DNA from: Rhizodiscina lignyota
Taxonomy: Eukaryota
NCBI GenBank assembly: GCA_010015805.1
Contig: ML978126.1
Coordinates: forward strand, 620,001-684,000
Reading direction: 5' to 3'
Length of the DNA: 64,000 bases
In this document: positions 38,001-50,470 of the stretch, one piece after another
Layout of the letters: every line of letters starts with the position of its first letter
Numbering within the stretch: the first letter of the stretch is position 1
The notes under the pieces: generated by a model
What the model was told of the DNA's origin: nothing
Database searches by the model: none
Seen by the model: only the letters and a program-made list of their open reading frames with translations
Translations under genes and position numbers: made by a program

Positions 38001-39909
38001 AATGAAGACCAAAAGTTGCGCTCTCTCGTCAAGGAGTTCTCTTACAACTGGTCGCTCATATCCGCGGAATTGGCAAGTCCTTCCCTATTCACTGCGCAAT
38101 CGGAGCGTCGTACTCCATGGGAATGCTTTGAAAGATGGGTGCAGCTGGAGGGTCTTCCAGCGGAAATGTCAAAGACTCAATATTTCAGGACATACCAAGC
38201 TCGGCTAGAAGCAGCTGCTCGGACTGTTGCTGCGCAACACGCACAACAACAACAGGCGGCCCAGCAGGCGGCAGCACAAACACCAGGTCAAGGAATCCTC
38301 GGCCCGAGAAGGAGGACAACACAACCGTTCAGAGTTGAACGTCGCAAACAAGTGAGGTACCTTGCTATCATCGACGGCATGCGCAAGTTAGCACGGAGGC
38401 GAGAGTCCAACATGCACAAGCAACAAGAAAGTTCGTACTTCCCATTCCCCCAAATAATTCCGCAACGGTCGATTGTTAACTTTCAGAAGACGCTAAAGCG
38501 GCACAAATGCGCAAAGCACAGGAAGTGCCGCAACCAAAGGGTGCTGTGCAAACACCAGCGGAATTCAGTCGCCTCAGATACGAACGAGACGTGAAACTAC
38601 AAGAGAGAGCCGAGCAAGCTCGGGCGCAGTGGATTCAGCAACAGCAAAGGGTACAGAACTCTTCAATACCCGCGCCCAATTCATCACTGACAAACTTGTC
38701 TAGAACGCCGCAATGCAGCGTCAACTCGCTGCAGGTGGTCAACCACAGGCCGCACAAGCCGGAGCAATGCAAGCCAACGCACAGCAGCAACGTAATGGTG
38801 TTCCTAACGGCCAGCAAGGCCAGGCTCAGAGCGCTGCAATGGCTACCGCGCAGAACGGTCAACTCCAACCCAACAACAACATGCAAGCTCGTATGCAAGC
38901 ACAGAATGCGACAATGCAAAACAATGTGCAGAACGGCACTGGCATGGCTACTGCTAACATGCAGATGGCAGGCATGCAAGGAGTGCCTCAAGCGCAGATG
39001 CAAGCTGCGATGATGGGCCAGCAGAGGGTCAGCTCTCCGGAGAATATGCGTATTGCCATGCAGCAACGCCAAATGAATGTTGCTGCTGCTCACGCGCAGG
39101 CTATGCAACTACAGCACTTAAGCCAGCCTGGAAACCTCGCAAGTGCACACCTCGCCGGCAGTACCGGGCTCGGAAACGTTCAAAATGCAGCCATGTATGC
39201 TGCTTTGCAAAAACAGATGGCACAGAATGGAATGAATGGCATGTCATCTGCCTCACCCAGAATGAATCAAATGGGTGGTGGTGGTGGTGGTGGTGGTGGT
39301 GGTGGTGGTGCTCCACAACAATTATCCAGTGGTCACGTTCCTGCCATCAACCAGCTTGCATCCCATATTCAATCGCAGAATCCACAATACAGCCCCGAAA
39401 CTATCAATCGAATGGCTGCTAAACAACTACAAGGCCAGATGGTTCGTCAGAACGCTCTCAACGCCGCCGCCGGTGCCTCAGCGACTGGAATGGGAGGAAA
39501 CATGGGCATGAACATGAACATGAACATGAACATGACAAACATGAACATGGGCATGGGGATGAATGGTAACTTCGCGCAGATGGGTTATGGTCAAAATGGC
39601 AGTCCCAACATGGCTAACATGAACATGATGGCCAGTCAGCCAGGAAGCGTTTCTCCAGTTCAGCATTACAGTCAGGCAGTGAGGATGCAGCAACAGCAGC
39701 AGGGTGGGAGGCAGATGGCTGGAAGCCCAGTGATGGGAATGAGCATGAATATGGGAAGTGGTGGGAGCCGTAGCGCGACTCCTCAACAAGGTCAACAGGG
39801 CCATCAAAGGATTGGAAGTGGCAGTGCCATGGAAGCCAGTCTCAGCCCTGGTGGTCAGGGACGGCCTGGATCGATGAATGGGCCTGGTAGCGCACCAGGC
39901 AGCAGATGA
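35069..39909 (+). CDS. EAF1: NuA4 scaffold Eaf1/Vid21 (HSA + SANT/Myb, Gln/Met-rich tail); introns 35125-35261, 35400-35503, 38431-38486, 38651-38703
   Basis: FLEDNDIEAGRYFD; ILKRIYQLQNANRWSFRQ..HLDHLLGEMKWMRTDFREERKLK (HSA); WTWNEDQKLRSLVKEFSYNWSLIS..RRTPWECFERW (SANT). Confidence 0.93.
39274..39309 (+). repeat. Perfect (GGT)12 microsatellite encoding poly-Gly in EAF1
   Basis: Read directly from the sequence. Confidence 0.95.
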
Positions 39910-40310
39910 AGCCGTATGATTTTCCTGTAAATACTATTGGGTGAAGCGCTTCGACCTCACCCTCCATCTTTCGTTTCAGCACGAGTAGATTCGATACCCC
40001 AGTGGTCGGCGGGGTTGGCAATCTGATTATGAGCAGCAGGCAGGGCAGGTCGTTCAGGATATCTGAGGCTCAGAAACGTCTCGACTGCATTGGGAATTAG
40101 AAAAATTAAGCTGTTGTAATCCTTCTGACTTTGCCACTACTCATTGAAATTATATTGTGTTAAAGAGTTTTTCAAACTCTAGCACAAACCGCTCACGAAT
40201 CGAAACCTCATCGAATTGATATCACGTGATGTGAGTCTATCTCGACCGCATGAGTCGCGATCGCTCACGGCAGGGCTCAAAGAATCAACGTTTCATCCTC
40301 GAGATTCACG

Positions 40311-41101
40311 ATGGCACTTCCAACCGCATCTATGGCCATCTCACGCTCCCTCGTACCGCGCGTTGGCCTCTATAGCTCCCATTTCCGTCCAGCAGCATCG
40401 GTATTCAACCTCACTCAGCATGAGAGACATCAGCGACTCAGTGGGCGACGTCCATTCTCCGCAACGGCGAAACCGCAGAGAGACCACCACTTCGACACTC
40501 TCAAGTTCGTCGAGAGGTTACAGAGCGAGGGTTTCACAGAAGAGCAGAGTGTGGCGATGATGAAAGTACTGAGCGATGTCATCGAGGAGAGGTATGCTAC
40601 ACTATCACACATATTTAGAAGCATTTAGATTGGAAAACCCCATACGGAAAGCTAACAACTCCATCTCCCAGCATCCAAAACCTCACCCGTACAATGGTCC
40701 TCCGTGAAGACCAGGAACGCGCAACCTACACCCAAAAAGTCGACTTTGCCAAGCTGCGCTCCGAACTTCTCACCGCCGACTCGACAGAGTCCTCGCTAAC
40801 CCGAGCGTCGCATGAACGACTTACGAACGAGCTGGCGAAGCTGAATTCCCGCCTGCGAGATGAGATATCACGAACCCAAGCATCTGTCAGATTGGATCTG
40901 AACTTAGAGAAGGGACGGATCAGGGAAGAGGCGAATGTGCAGGAGCTGAAGATTAAGGAGACAGAGACGAGGATCGAGCAGGAGACAGCGGTGCTGAGGG
41001 AGAGGTTGGAGGCTGTAAAGTTCAGTACGCTGCAGTGGTTGATGGGCGTGTGTACAGGAACGGCGGCGTTGATCCTGGGTGCTTGGAGGTTGTTGATGTG
41101 A
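40311..41101 (+). CDS. FMP32: Mitochondrial DUF1640/CCDC90-MCUR1 family protein; intron 40592-40671
   Basis: HHFDTLKFVERLQSEGFTEEQS, QKVDFAKLRSEL, VRLDLNLEKGRIREE; C-terminal TM LQWLMGVCTGTAALILGAWRLLM. Confidence 0.9.
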
Positions 41102-41649
41102 TTGATTGCAGTTGGATTGAGATCTCCTCTTAGTGGGTATTTGTCTCACCACTAGACATGAGTTGAGCGCGGAGTTAGGACGAACGTTACGTTAACCTGG
41201 TATTGGTATACCGAGATGGACCAGCGGTTGGGTGAATTCTTTGCCCAGGGCACCATATCACCTCCGTCTTCTTTCCAAATGGCTGATTATCTCAAGAAGA
41301 TAGGACTTCATATATCAGAGCTTCAGTTTATGTGTTGTGTTGTTGTTCAGCACACTCTTCGCGTCTCGTTCCACAGCCTATACATGTTTGGGTTAACGGA
41401 GTTCTCTCTTATACATTTTGGTGAAGCGAGCTCTTTGCGTAGTGCCGCAGGTAGCCGATAGCGTACTGGACCCTGACGCATATCTGCGGGTTTGCTGCCT
41501 GGCGGCTAGGTAGATGAGCTCGTTGGAGCTTGGACATCAATTTCTTCTCTTTCAAACTATGCCACCGACAACTACAACCACCACTTCCTCTTAGAAATTC
41601 CTCCCTCCTCTACCTATCTCTGCAATCACCTCTACACATCACATCCACC

Positions 41650-42561
41650 ATGTCGACCTTCAGCGAATTCCTTCAAAACGAGACCATTCGTTACCTATCC
41701 GGGCAACCACCTCTGGACACCCCTCAGACGTTCATAATAGAATCCATCCCTGAGCCAGAAGCAGTCCCTGTTCTCAAAGGCAAAGATCTTCGATATGTCC
41801 CAGCGAGGGATGAACAGCTCCGCGGCGGAGCACCCGTCGAAGCAGCAGAGCTGGAATGGCCCCCGGCGGCCGCAGACCCAGGAATTCTCACCACGTACGA
41901 CTGCAATCAGTGCGGCCTGACATGGCTCTGCGGTAATGCGGGTGAAGACGCGGGCGAGAAGCACCCACAACACGCCGCCCTGTCGACTTCGCATGACGAT
42001 ACCCGCGCAACTCGATCTATACTTGTATACGTCAGCGGCGCGGCGCGCCAGAGGGGCAATGCGGCCGGCAAGATGGCGGTGGGCGCGTTCTTCGCGCAGA
42101 CCTCACATTTCAACGTCGCGGAGAGCTTCTCGGGCGTTGATGGCCCTGCTGGCGGCGTGACGAACCACAAGGCGGAGGTTATGGCCGTCGGGAGGGTGCT
42201 GGAGGATGTCAGGAAGAGGGTCCTGCCGCAGTATCGCGGCATGCTGGATTACACGCCCGGCTTGGGTGAGGTACGTACCAGGCTCCAGATGAAGTACCTA
42301 CGTGTTATTATTGCCACAGAGTCGGAGTACCTAGTGGAGAGCATGGAGAAGCTGGGCGGCGTGTGGAGGGTTGCAGGAGGGGACCGGGTAGTGCTGGATA
42401 GGAAAGGCAAGGAGGTTGATGTCAAGAACGCGGCGCAGTTCTTGACGATCAAGCAAGAGGCGGAGATGCTGGCGGCGGCGGGGGTACAGGTAGTATACTA
42501 CCTTGTACAAAAGAAGTTTAACAAGACGGCGGCGGGCGGCGCGAAGGCTGCTCTGGGATGA
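41650..42561 (+). CDS. RNase H1-like fold protein with a degenerate active site (303 aa)
   Basis: ILVYVSGA (cf. VYTDGA), VGAFF, TNHKAEVMAV (cf. TNQRAEL.A), VIIATESEYLV (cf. I.TDS.Y), VKNAAQF, NKTAAGGAK (cf. N..AD.LA). Confidence 0.75.
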   Translation: MSTFSEFLQNETIRYLSGQPPLDTPQTFIIESIPEPEAVPVLKGKDLRYVPARDEQLRGGAPVEAAELEWPPAAADPGILTTYDCNQCGLTWLCGNAGEDAGEKHPQHAALSTSHDDTRATRSILVYVSGAARQRGNAAGKMAVGAFFAQTSHFNVAESFSGVDGPAGGVTNHKAEVMAVGRVLEDVRKRVLPQYRGMLDYTPGLGEVRTRLQMKYLRVIIATESEYLVESMEKLGGVWRVAGGDRVVLDRKGKEVDVKNAAQFLTIKQEAEMLAAAGVQVVYYLVQKKFNKTAAGGAKAALG

Positions 42562-43382
42562 AGTAGGGGGCTCTGTGGGTGTGGGAGGGGACTTGTTGCA
42601 CAGTGGTTTGGAGTGGGAGACGAGGCCGTCAGTATAGATACCCAATGAATGCAAAGAACATCGGCCAGGAGTGAATTCGAATACTCATTGCAAGTACAGC
42701 AGGCTCTGAAGAAGGCCTCTCATCTGATTTATGTGCATTCATGCATCGTGCACGGTTGATCGGAAGATACGTTTCATCAATTACTTGTATCCTTTCACGT
42801 GCTGTCGAACGAATCTCACATTAAACCGTTGAAATTAGTGAGCATTCTCGAAAAGGCTTAGAAAGCTTGTGAATTAAAGGATTGAGAGGGCTAAGGGAGG
42901 AGAGGGCTCCCTGACCGATTATATACACTAAAATAAGGAGAAAGGCATCGGAAATTAGGCCTCCGAAGCCCACGGCGACTCCGAGCCGTGCCAGTTGACT
43001 GACTCGTTCAATACGTGCAGTGTCAGGTCAGAAGAATGGACGGTATTATATACCATGTTATTCGCATATCTCGAGAGGCCATGAGGCCTTTAACACCTGT
43101 ATACTCCCTTGCAGAAGAACAGATACCGACCTGGAGTTACAGTTCTTCACTCCAATTACGAAGAGCCAGGTTCTCATGAGCGAATGAGACCTGCAACTGC
43201 GTGTCCTTTCCGGCACACCGAGAAGCAAAGGCAGGCCTAGCAAGCTACTCCATAAAAGCTTTCAATACACATTCAAGAACATATAGAAGCTTCCTGGAAG
43301 TGCTGAAAGGCGACCTAGTAGAGTGGTTCTGTGGACTGTTCACTCGGTGGAAAATAGCTCCTTCGTACCAGGAATAAATCAG

Positions 43383-46039
43383 TTAACCTGCGCTCAGAGA
43401 TCTTAGAGTCTGCGTGGCGGCTCCATTGCTCTCTTCTTCAACTTCAAACTCTATAGGCAGGTTGTAGAGTTCCCGAAGAATCTTGATTTCCATTGCACCG
43501 AAGCCACTGAGAACCATCTCCTCTATCACCCATGCGCTTCCTTCAATAACATGGAGCTGACCACATCCTCCTTCTTCGGCAGTAAAAGTTTGCCAAGCTT
43601 TTTGGTGTTAACCGCTGTCATGAAGATGTAGCCAACTATAAACGGAAGTTGGTTTTCGGTTTCCATGTAGCCAGGGCCATATATTCGCTTCACTTCGCTG
43701 TCAATATGCTTCTTGATGGTACGAAGCAGTAACCAGCAACTACGGTGAAGGCGGAAGTGGTCAAAGGTCAATGCGACCTCTTCGGATATGAGTGATTCAC
43801 AAATCAACATGGGCGCGTCTGGTGTCGTGTTTGTTTTCTGCTTCTGGGTCCTTTCCCGTAAGGCATTTGGGTCGGTATTGGCAGTATCGAAGTCGTCATT
43901 CTCCTTTAGGCACTTCTCTAGGACCCGTTTAATGTCCGGAACGCTCCTCCCGATATCTTCGAAGGAGGTATATCCGAACCGCAATTCATTTGCGACTGGG
44001 CTTATAGTCGTTCCCTCGATCCCTCCGCGTGGGCCTTGCTGTGACTCAATCGGACGAGAGTGTGGCCGCCTGCCACCGCGGGCAAAATTTTGTGCCGAGT
44101 AGCCCATAGACAGACAGAAGCGTTTGAAGTATTCTTCTACGTCATTTGGCTTACTGCCAGCAAACATTGCGGTGTCGCCGTAGAAAGCCAGAGCAAGATT
44201 CATATCTTGCCACCCCTTCTCTAAAAACTTCTCTTTAAGGGCAGCATTATAGAGTTGCGCAGTGTATTTAGCGGAGCCCCAAGCGTTAAGGAAACCAGTA
44301 CCGGTATATTGCATGTCGAGCTTCATGCCGAAGAGGAGCGAACCGCAGAGCCAAGGATGACCGATGAGGAAGGAATGTGGTATTGTGGGTGGGTGGAGCG
44401 GCTGTGTAATATTAGTGGTGGGTCTGGAGATTCACTAATGGTGGCTTACCAGGTCATTTTCGGGCATCTATTTCCAAGTCAGTTAGCTGGAGCTAAACGT
44501 CAAGAACGAGACTTACTAGTTTCGCCTTTTCCCTTTGCATTGTGTCTACTTCAACCAACCGCCCAACCTTGCTCAAGATGACTCTCAGAGCCTCATCATT
44601 CTGTCGCGGCCAGTTCTCAATTCTGAGTTTTTCATGGAGTTCGAAGTTTTGTTCCAAAGAGGCCTTGGCATTGCGAGCATACTGTCGAAAATCAACCCAG
44701 GCCTGACCAGATTCGCCGCGGAAGATATGTCGGATATCTAAATAGATTTGAGCAGCAAAATCTAGTGCCAGCGTATGACGGCCTTGGTTCTTGAATCTGC
44801 CAACAGCCACTGTGAACTCGTCAGTAGCCGATATACCAATTTTCCTATTGATGTAGTAAAAGAGGAGTATGTCTGATAGTGTTTCCATAAGGATGGCTCT
44901 GTCCTCGTCCCACTTTTCTGGGCCAGACATCTTTGCTCGATCTTTTGTTAGGTCGTATACCCCGAAGTATCCTGATTTATACAGTGGAAGGGGATAGTCA
45001 AAGAGCGAAGAAGGATATGGGTGCTACGAAGAGAGGGTTCCACGAGCCCATAGAGGCTAAAATTGGTGGGATCAGATCCTCGCACAGGTTCCTTCGGGTC
45101 CTGTCCTTGTGATAAGCATTGCGCTGCAAAGAATACATCTCTGGCGTGCATTGTGCTCGGCTGTGATGGATAATCCTTCAGAAATTGCTCTTCTAACTAT
45201 TGTGCTAGTTGAATTGCAACATTGGTGGTAGCAGCAACTGAAATGAGGGTAGCTGCCCCCTGGGAATACATATGCCAGATTTGTTTGATGGTACTTCGAA
45301 TTTTCGAATAGTCCTGTAAGAGAGCGGCAATTCCGAGATAGAGCTCATACATGTCGTCAATGTGCTCCACTTCGTAGACAGCATCAGCTGGCTCAACCTT
45401 TGCGGCACCGGGTGTGGCATCCGGGGCGTTCAGGAACTCTTCGGACGGCTCTTCAACTGTCAGGGCAGCAAACATATTCTCCAGGCGAGCTTCAGTAGCT
45501 TTATCCTGATCCGGTATCGCAGTAGAAGCGTCCTTGGGCTGAACAAGGCCAGCTGGTAGGCGCGGTCTGAGAACTTCTCTTACTTTCTCCAAGATTCCCA
45601 GAAAATAAGAGTGACCCTCCTCAGAGCTCGAATTTTCAATGACATCCGCTTGTTCGACAGCGTGATAATCGTTGTGCACCGTCCGCAGGCGTATTGCCCT
45701 TTCCATCGAGGCCCAGAACTGGACGGGAATCTCGAGGTCAGGCTTGGGTGCCAAATACTCCGCCAACATCACAAAATCCTTGACGCCAATGGTGTATTTT
45801 GGTAGGGAATTCGCATGTTGCTTAGTCCCATTCGCGGAACTGCTTTTGGCTGTTGCTTTCGCTGAGTTCCGAGCCTTTCCTTTGAGGCGTTGGCTCTTCT
45901 GGACTTTGCTTTGTGCATTACCAGTGAGGCGATCTGCGGAGAATCCAAATTTCTTTGCGGTTGTCGCAAGCCATATTGCAATATCGTCGGTATCCTGTTT
46001 GTACCGACGGTATGTGTCGGCCAAGAGTGATGGAAGCAT
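43383..46039 (-). pseudogene. DUF6604-family pseudogene
   Basis: N-terminus MLPSLLADTYRRYKQDTDDIAIWLATTA and H.YFLGILEKVREVL are typical of DUF6604. In-frame TAG at 45197-45199, with the frame continuing beyond it. Frameshifts near 44995 and near 43530. Two intact introns flank an 18-nt exon near 44450-44468. Confidence 0.8.
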
Positions 46040-46269
46040 GATGATGGACAAGGAGATTTGACTGATGGACCATGAACATATGCCTCGCACACTTAAATAG
46101 GGATGTTGAGCACGGAAGAAAGCATCTCAGAGGTGTTCTGAGCTTGTTGATGAATTAGGAGAGAAAGCCAGGAGAGAAAGGCTAGTTATACGCCTGGTGC
46201 GGTAGGGCAGGAGGGGTGGGTACTGTCGGTGCGGCACGGGAGCTAAGTAGTGTAAAACATCTCGAGTGT

Positions 46270-46503
46270 CCCTGGTGTGACAAAATAGTCGAGACAGATG
46301 AACTGAAACGCTTAAGTAAGAATGAGTTTTGTTCTTTAACATGAATGAGAGCATTCCTGAATGCTTAATTGAATATATAATAAGTAGCACTTATGCGAAA
46401 TACGTAGCTCTGGCGTGTATAATCTGTATTGATTAATGAGGATATGCATCCTCGCTGTTCGACATATCGCAGCCACGATTCAACTTTTTTGGTCGCCCAC
46501 TTG
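46270..46503 (+). mobile_element. MITE-like element, copy C (full length)
   Basis: Left GGTGTGACAAAATAGTCGAG; core TGTTCTTT-N8-TGAGAGCATTCCTGAATGC; right TTCAACTTTTTTGGTCGCCCACTTG. Collinear with copy A. Confidence 0.75.
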
Positions 46504-46643
46504 CACCCTTCGACAAGGGCTTATTCTCTCGGCATTGTGAGAAAAGGCCTCGGAAAACTGCGCCAGAAGCGTTCATTTTCGGAGACAGATTTGCCAGGAA
46601 CCTACGCTGAGGTGCAGTATCTGCAGTCAGACTTACCAAGCTT

Positions 46644-46745
46644 AATGGTAACAAAATAGTTGAGCCCGATTAGCTGAATGCCTGTAGTAAGGAGTTTTAT
46701 TCTTCCACACAGACGAGGATATCTCTGAAAGCTCAGTTAGAATGG
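46644..46745 (+). mobile_element. MITE-like element, copy D (left half only)
   Basis: GGTAACAAAATAGTTGAG..GAGTTTTATTCTTC-N8-CGAGGATATCTCTGAAAGCTCAGTT. Confidence 0.65.
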
Positions 46746-47766
46746 CAGGAAGCACCCTCTAGCAAAATCAATACATTCAGAAGTACCCAAATGCTTTTGA
46801 AGTGACCCTAAGGGACCGAAAACCCCTTGCTCCTTGTCTCTTGCGAAAGACGATCATTGCACCATAAACGCCCGAACACCAGGACTGCAATATGCGATTT
46901 TCAAATGCATGTATTCTCCTCCACGCTGAAATGTCTAAGGTTGGGCCGTTGACATCGTCCTACGCCTCGTTCGTTTCGACTCCTGAGGTCCTCAGAAGTT
47001 GAAGAACAGCTTCAGGACCTCGAAGAGCACACCACCGCAGAGTACGAACGCCAATAATACTAGAACACGATACGTTAGCTCCAGTGCTACCCAAGAGCAT
47101 CCATCGAAGGAATCCAATGCATACTTATCCATGTCATCGATATTGGCGACTTCTGATCATCCTTCTTCTTCGACAAGCTCTCTGGCTTCCCTCGCTTCGC
47201 CTCCTCTGCGCGCGCGAATTTCATGTTTGCGCGACGTTGTTGCGGTGTTTGTGCCTATACGAAGGAGCATAATGATTAGCTTCTGCTTCTATACACATTG
47301 CAGCATTGGAGCGCGCGAAGAAATACCATTTTGAACCAATTGAGTCGAGCTGAACGCTGTTGTGAGACTTGGAAAACCGCAGTGTTGAGAGTTGCTCCTG
47401 TATATATATTCAACTCGTAGATGACTCGGTCGTAGAGGACAAGTGGTGGCAGGCAGCAAGTTTAGTTTCGACTCAGGAGCTGAAGATGGGATGCAAGATG
47501 GGGAATTTCCAAAGCGAATTACAGGTGACGTTGCATTTCTGTGGTTCCGCGCGCTGCAGCTGGTCCTGGCTCGCGAATCGCGTGGCGCGAATTCAGCACC
47601 GCCCGAGCCAGTTCTTCACCCATGCTCCGCAAAGCTTCTTCCCCCGTCGACCTCTTTCCAACTTGCTATTTCCGGAAGCTGCTCTGTCGTTTGACTTGCC
47701 CGTTCGATACGCCGGAGTCACACGAGAGACAATTGATCTTAGAAACCTCCGAAGCTTACCGCAGTC

Positions 47767-48202
47767 ATGTTGCGACGCATTCATGCCAACGTGTCTCCTC
47801 CGCAGCTCCTCCGCACCTCTATGCAGTTCCCAACGTACAGGCAAGCGCGACTAAATTCAACGCCCTCGTACCAACCGCCAAATCCACCACAGAAAGCTGC
47901 CACTCCGAACTCGTCGGAAGAATCAGACCCACGGGGGAGTGCCGCGAAGCCGCATGTATGTTCCACCCCATACATCTAACGCATTGCAAAACTGATTCGA
48001 CATTTCACAGCGCGCGTTCTACTCCAACTTCGGAAAACCGCTCTTCAAGACCTTTCTCATGGCGTTGTTCACATACCAAGTACTGTACTGGGGGTGGCTG
48101 AAGCTCGAGAGCATCGAGATGAAAAGGGATAAGGATGCGGAGGTTAAGAGCCTGGAGGACGAAGTGAAAGGGCTGCTCAAGAGCAAGACAGAGAAGAGCT
48201 AG
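47767..48202 (+). CDS. Small mitochondrial inner-membrane protein, INA17-like; intron 47956-48010
   Basis: Presequence-like N-terminus; exon 2 FYSNFGKPLFKTFLMALFTYQVLYWGWLKLE followed by a coiled coil. Exon 2 is missing from the ORF track. Confidence 0.75.
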
Positions 48203-48451
48203 GAATGGCCAGTCAGATTGGATTCATCACCAGGGGGCCATCTGAGCTTTTGGACGCTGTCGCATGCTCGGCTCCGCAAGGACCCCATCGTCGGGTGCGA
48301 GATATTTAGAAGGTGGCATATTATTCTCCTGAAGACTATGGCTGCACCCTGAGGACGCCAAAAGACCATTGAGAGCTTCAATGTTGGATATTGGCCGCTT
48401 CGTCTCTCAAACCCATCCTCGCTCGAGAACATCTAGAGCAAGAGTTGTGCA

Positions 48452-49011
48452 CTCGAAGATGGACAATCATTGAACGCGAGAGCGCTGTAGCACTATGCGG
48501 CAAGCTAGTGTTGCTCTTCGACACATACGAGAGCATCTCTGAAAGCTTGATGGAATATGCTTGGACGGCGTCTATCAACATCGCCGAGCAAGGCCGTAGT
48601 GCTTCGCAGCGAGCCGTTGTTGCTCTTCGATGCAGGCGAGCGCATCTCTGAAGGGTCGAGTAGATATACTATAGACAGTATTAACGAAGAATACCCGACT
48701 CGTTAGAACGATTCAACGCAAGCCAGCATGACTCTACGAGGTCGACGAGAGCGCGTCTCAAAACCCGATTGCATTTGCTTTGGACACTGTCTATCAGGTT
48801 CACCAGGCAGTGCTGTAATACTTCGTGGAAATCCGGTGTTGCTCTTCGGGACAAGTGAGAGCATCGCTGAAAGTATGATTTAACATGCTTTGGAGCGTAT
48901 TCGTGTGAGTTACACCGCTGCGACATCCATTGTTTGTCTTAGCGAAAAAGCATATTTGCTTTGGCCTTTCAATACCTCGCACTGCGACGTAACTTTCTGC
49001 GCGCCTCCCGA
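48452..49011 (+). repeat. Expanded MITE-like copy H with four internal ~109-bp tandem units
   Basis: Core CTCTTC/CTCTAC at 48514, 48623, 48732 and 48842, each followed 8 nt later by (C/T)GAG.GC(A/G); degenerate TIR-like ends. Confidence 0.8.
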
Positions 49012-49255
49012 CTGTATGGTCCCGTCGCTGCGTTCCATCGGGTGTCGTCCGATGACGTGTACTTGAAGGCCGGCACGGGCATGTAAAGAACCATGCATTT
49101 GTTGGATGACAGTCGTCAGGATCGTTGCTTCTAGCGTAGTGTACTTGCAGCCAGTAAAACATAACGACGTCTTGTTGTCTTCTTTTGAACGTATCCTGTG
49201 ACCTCTGAAATTGGAGAATTGAAAGCTTCTTGTAAGATACAACAGCAGCGACTTC

Positions 49256-50470
49256 GGGGAGTGTTATTTATATTCACCATAGAAGCCGGAAATGACTTGG
49301 TCTACTGCTTTTCAATTGCTTAAGCAGATGTCATTCAACTCGTCGGATATGATTTCAACCCAACCACATGCCATGGAGTAGTCACCGTAATCGATCAATC
49401 TCATTATCCGATTTCCTGAAGCCGTTTTGAGGTCTAAGTACATCATTGCTTCTCCTGTGAGTGGATAGAGTACCGATGCAGTACCAAAATTTTCAAGAGA
49501 GGCGTAGCATAGCCACCAGTAGTCCCAGCACTAGAGATTCAACAATGCCATTCAGTAATTAATATCCATTGAATTCAGCACAGGGCTGTGTTAATGTTCA
49601 GAGCGTGGTATTTCGCCTCAGATACTCTCTGTGAGATGCGTTCCAAGGGCCTCTCCGGCCATACCCGCTATTATGTACAATATTCCATCCAATTGACTCC
49701 AAGACCGGTCATAATATCATCTCAGGACTTTGCATATAAGTCCATTACGTGCTGCAGCGTGTAAACAAGCTGCTCAAATCATTGCTTTCCAATTTCCACA
49801 GCCCGATCACCAGAGATCGATTTGCTGCGGAGTATGATGTCGTTCAAGGCTCTTTCTTCTCGGATGCAAATTCAGACGTATTTGCTCCGTGGGCGATTGG
49901 GGTTCAAGTTGCAGTGAATGTTTCCGACAGTGGCACCGCTGATGCTTCTTTTGCGGTGTCTTTGGTATCGTGATGCTGAGAGGACTTGACGGGGTATCTT
50001 GAACCCACCCATCGCCTGCGCAGTATTCTGCTAGTGCCGGTTCATCACAGTTGCAGACTGATAAGATAAGTTAGTCAAATGTTGTCCGAGGCTAATCGCT
50101 ATGCACACATACTTGGCTTGGATGTCTTTACATTTTGTGGAATTGGGGAGGGACTTCGTTCCTCGTTTGGGGTGGTGATGCTCTGATTTTCTGTCGTCTC
50201 CGATTTGCTGTCCTCTTGAAGTAGAGGGACAACAGTGATTGAGAAGCCTTTTTGCTCTTCCGTGGACTCAATGGGATAGGCGTTTTCCAATGCCTTCGCG
50301 CATTGTGCGTCAATGTAGGCGAGTTCGTCTCTCTCAGCCTGCAGAATTGCTTCTGCTGCCGAGGAGTCGCAATTCAGATAGTCATTCCAAAGCAAGCCGT
50401 TCCAACCATCGAACCGTTTTGGCGTAGGTCCGTAGTTGGGAATGTTCGGTTGAGTTGCAGTAGAAATCAT
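49256..50470 (-). pseudogene. Probable decayed lineage-specific gene
   Basis: 123-aa ORF with a canonical intron at 50112-50058. Protein-like frames downstream (e.g. WDYWWLCYASLENFG..RLIDYGDYS) are broken by several TGA/TAA stops and frameshifts. Confidence 0.4.

Noticed and set aside
48452..48920. CRISPR-like repeat-spacer array
   Set aside because: Eukaryotic context, no cas genes, degenerate units, and the 'spacers' are homologous to each other.
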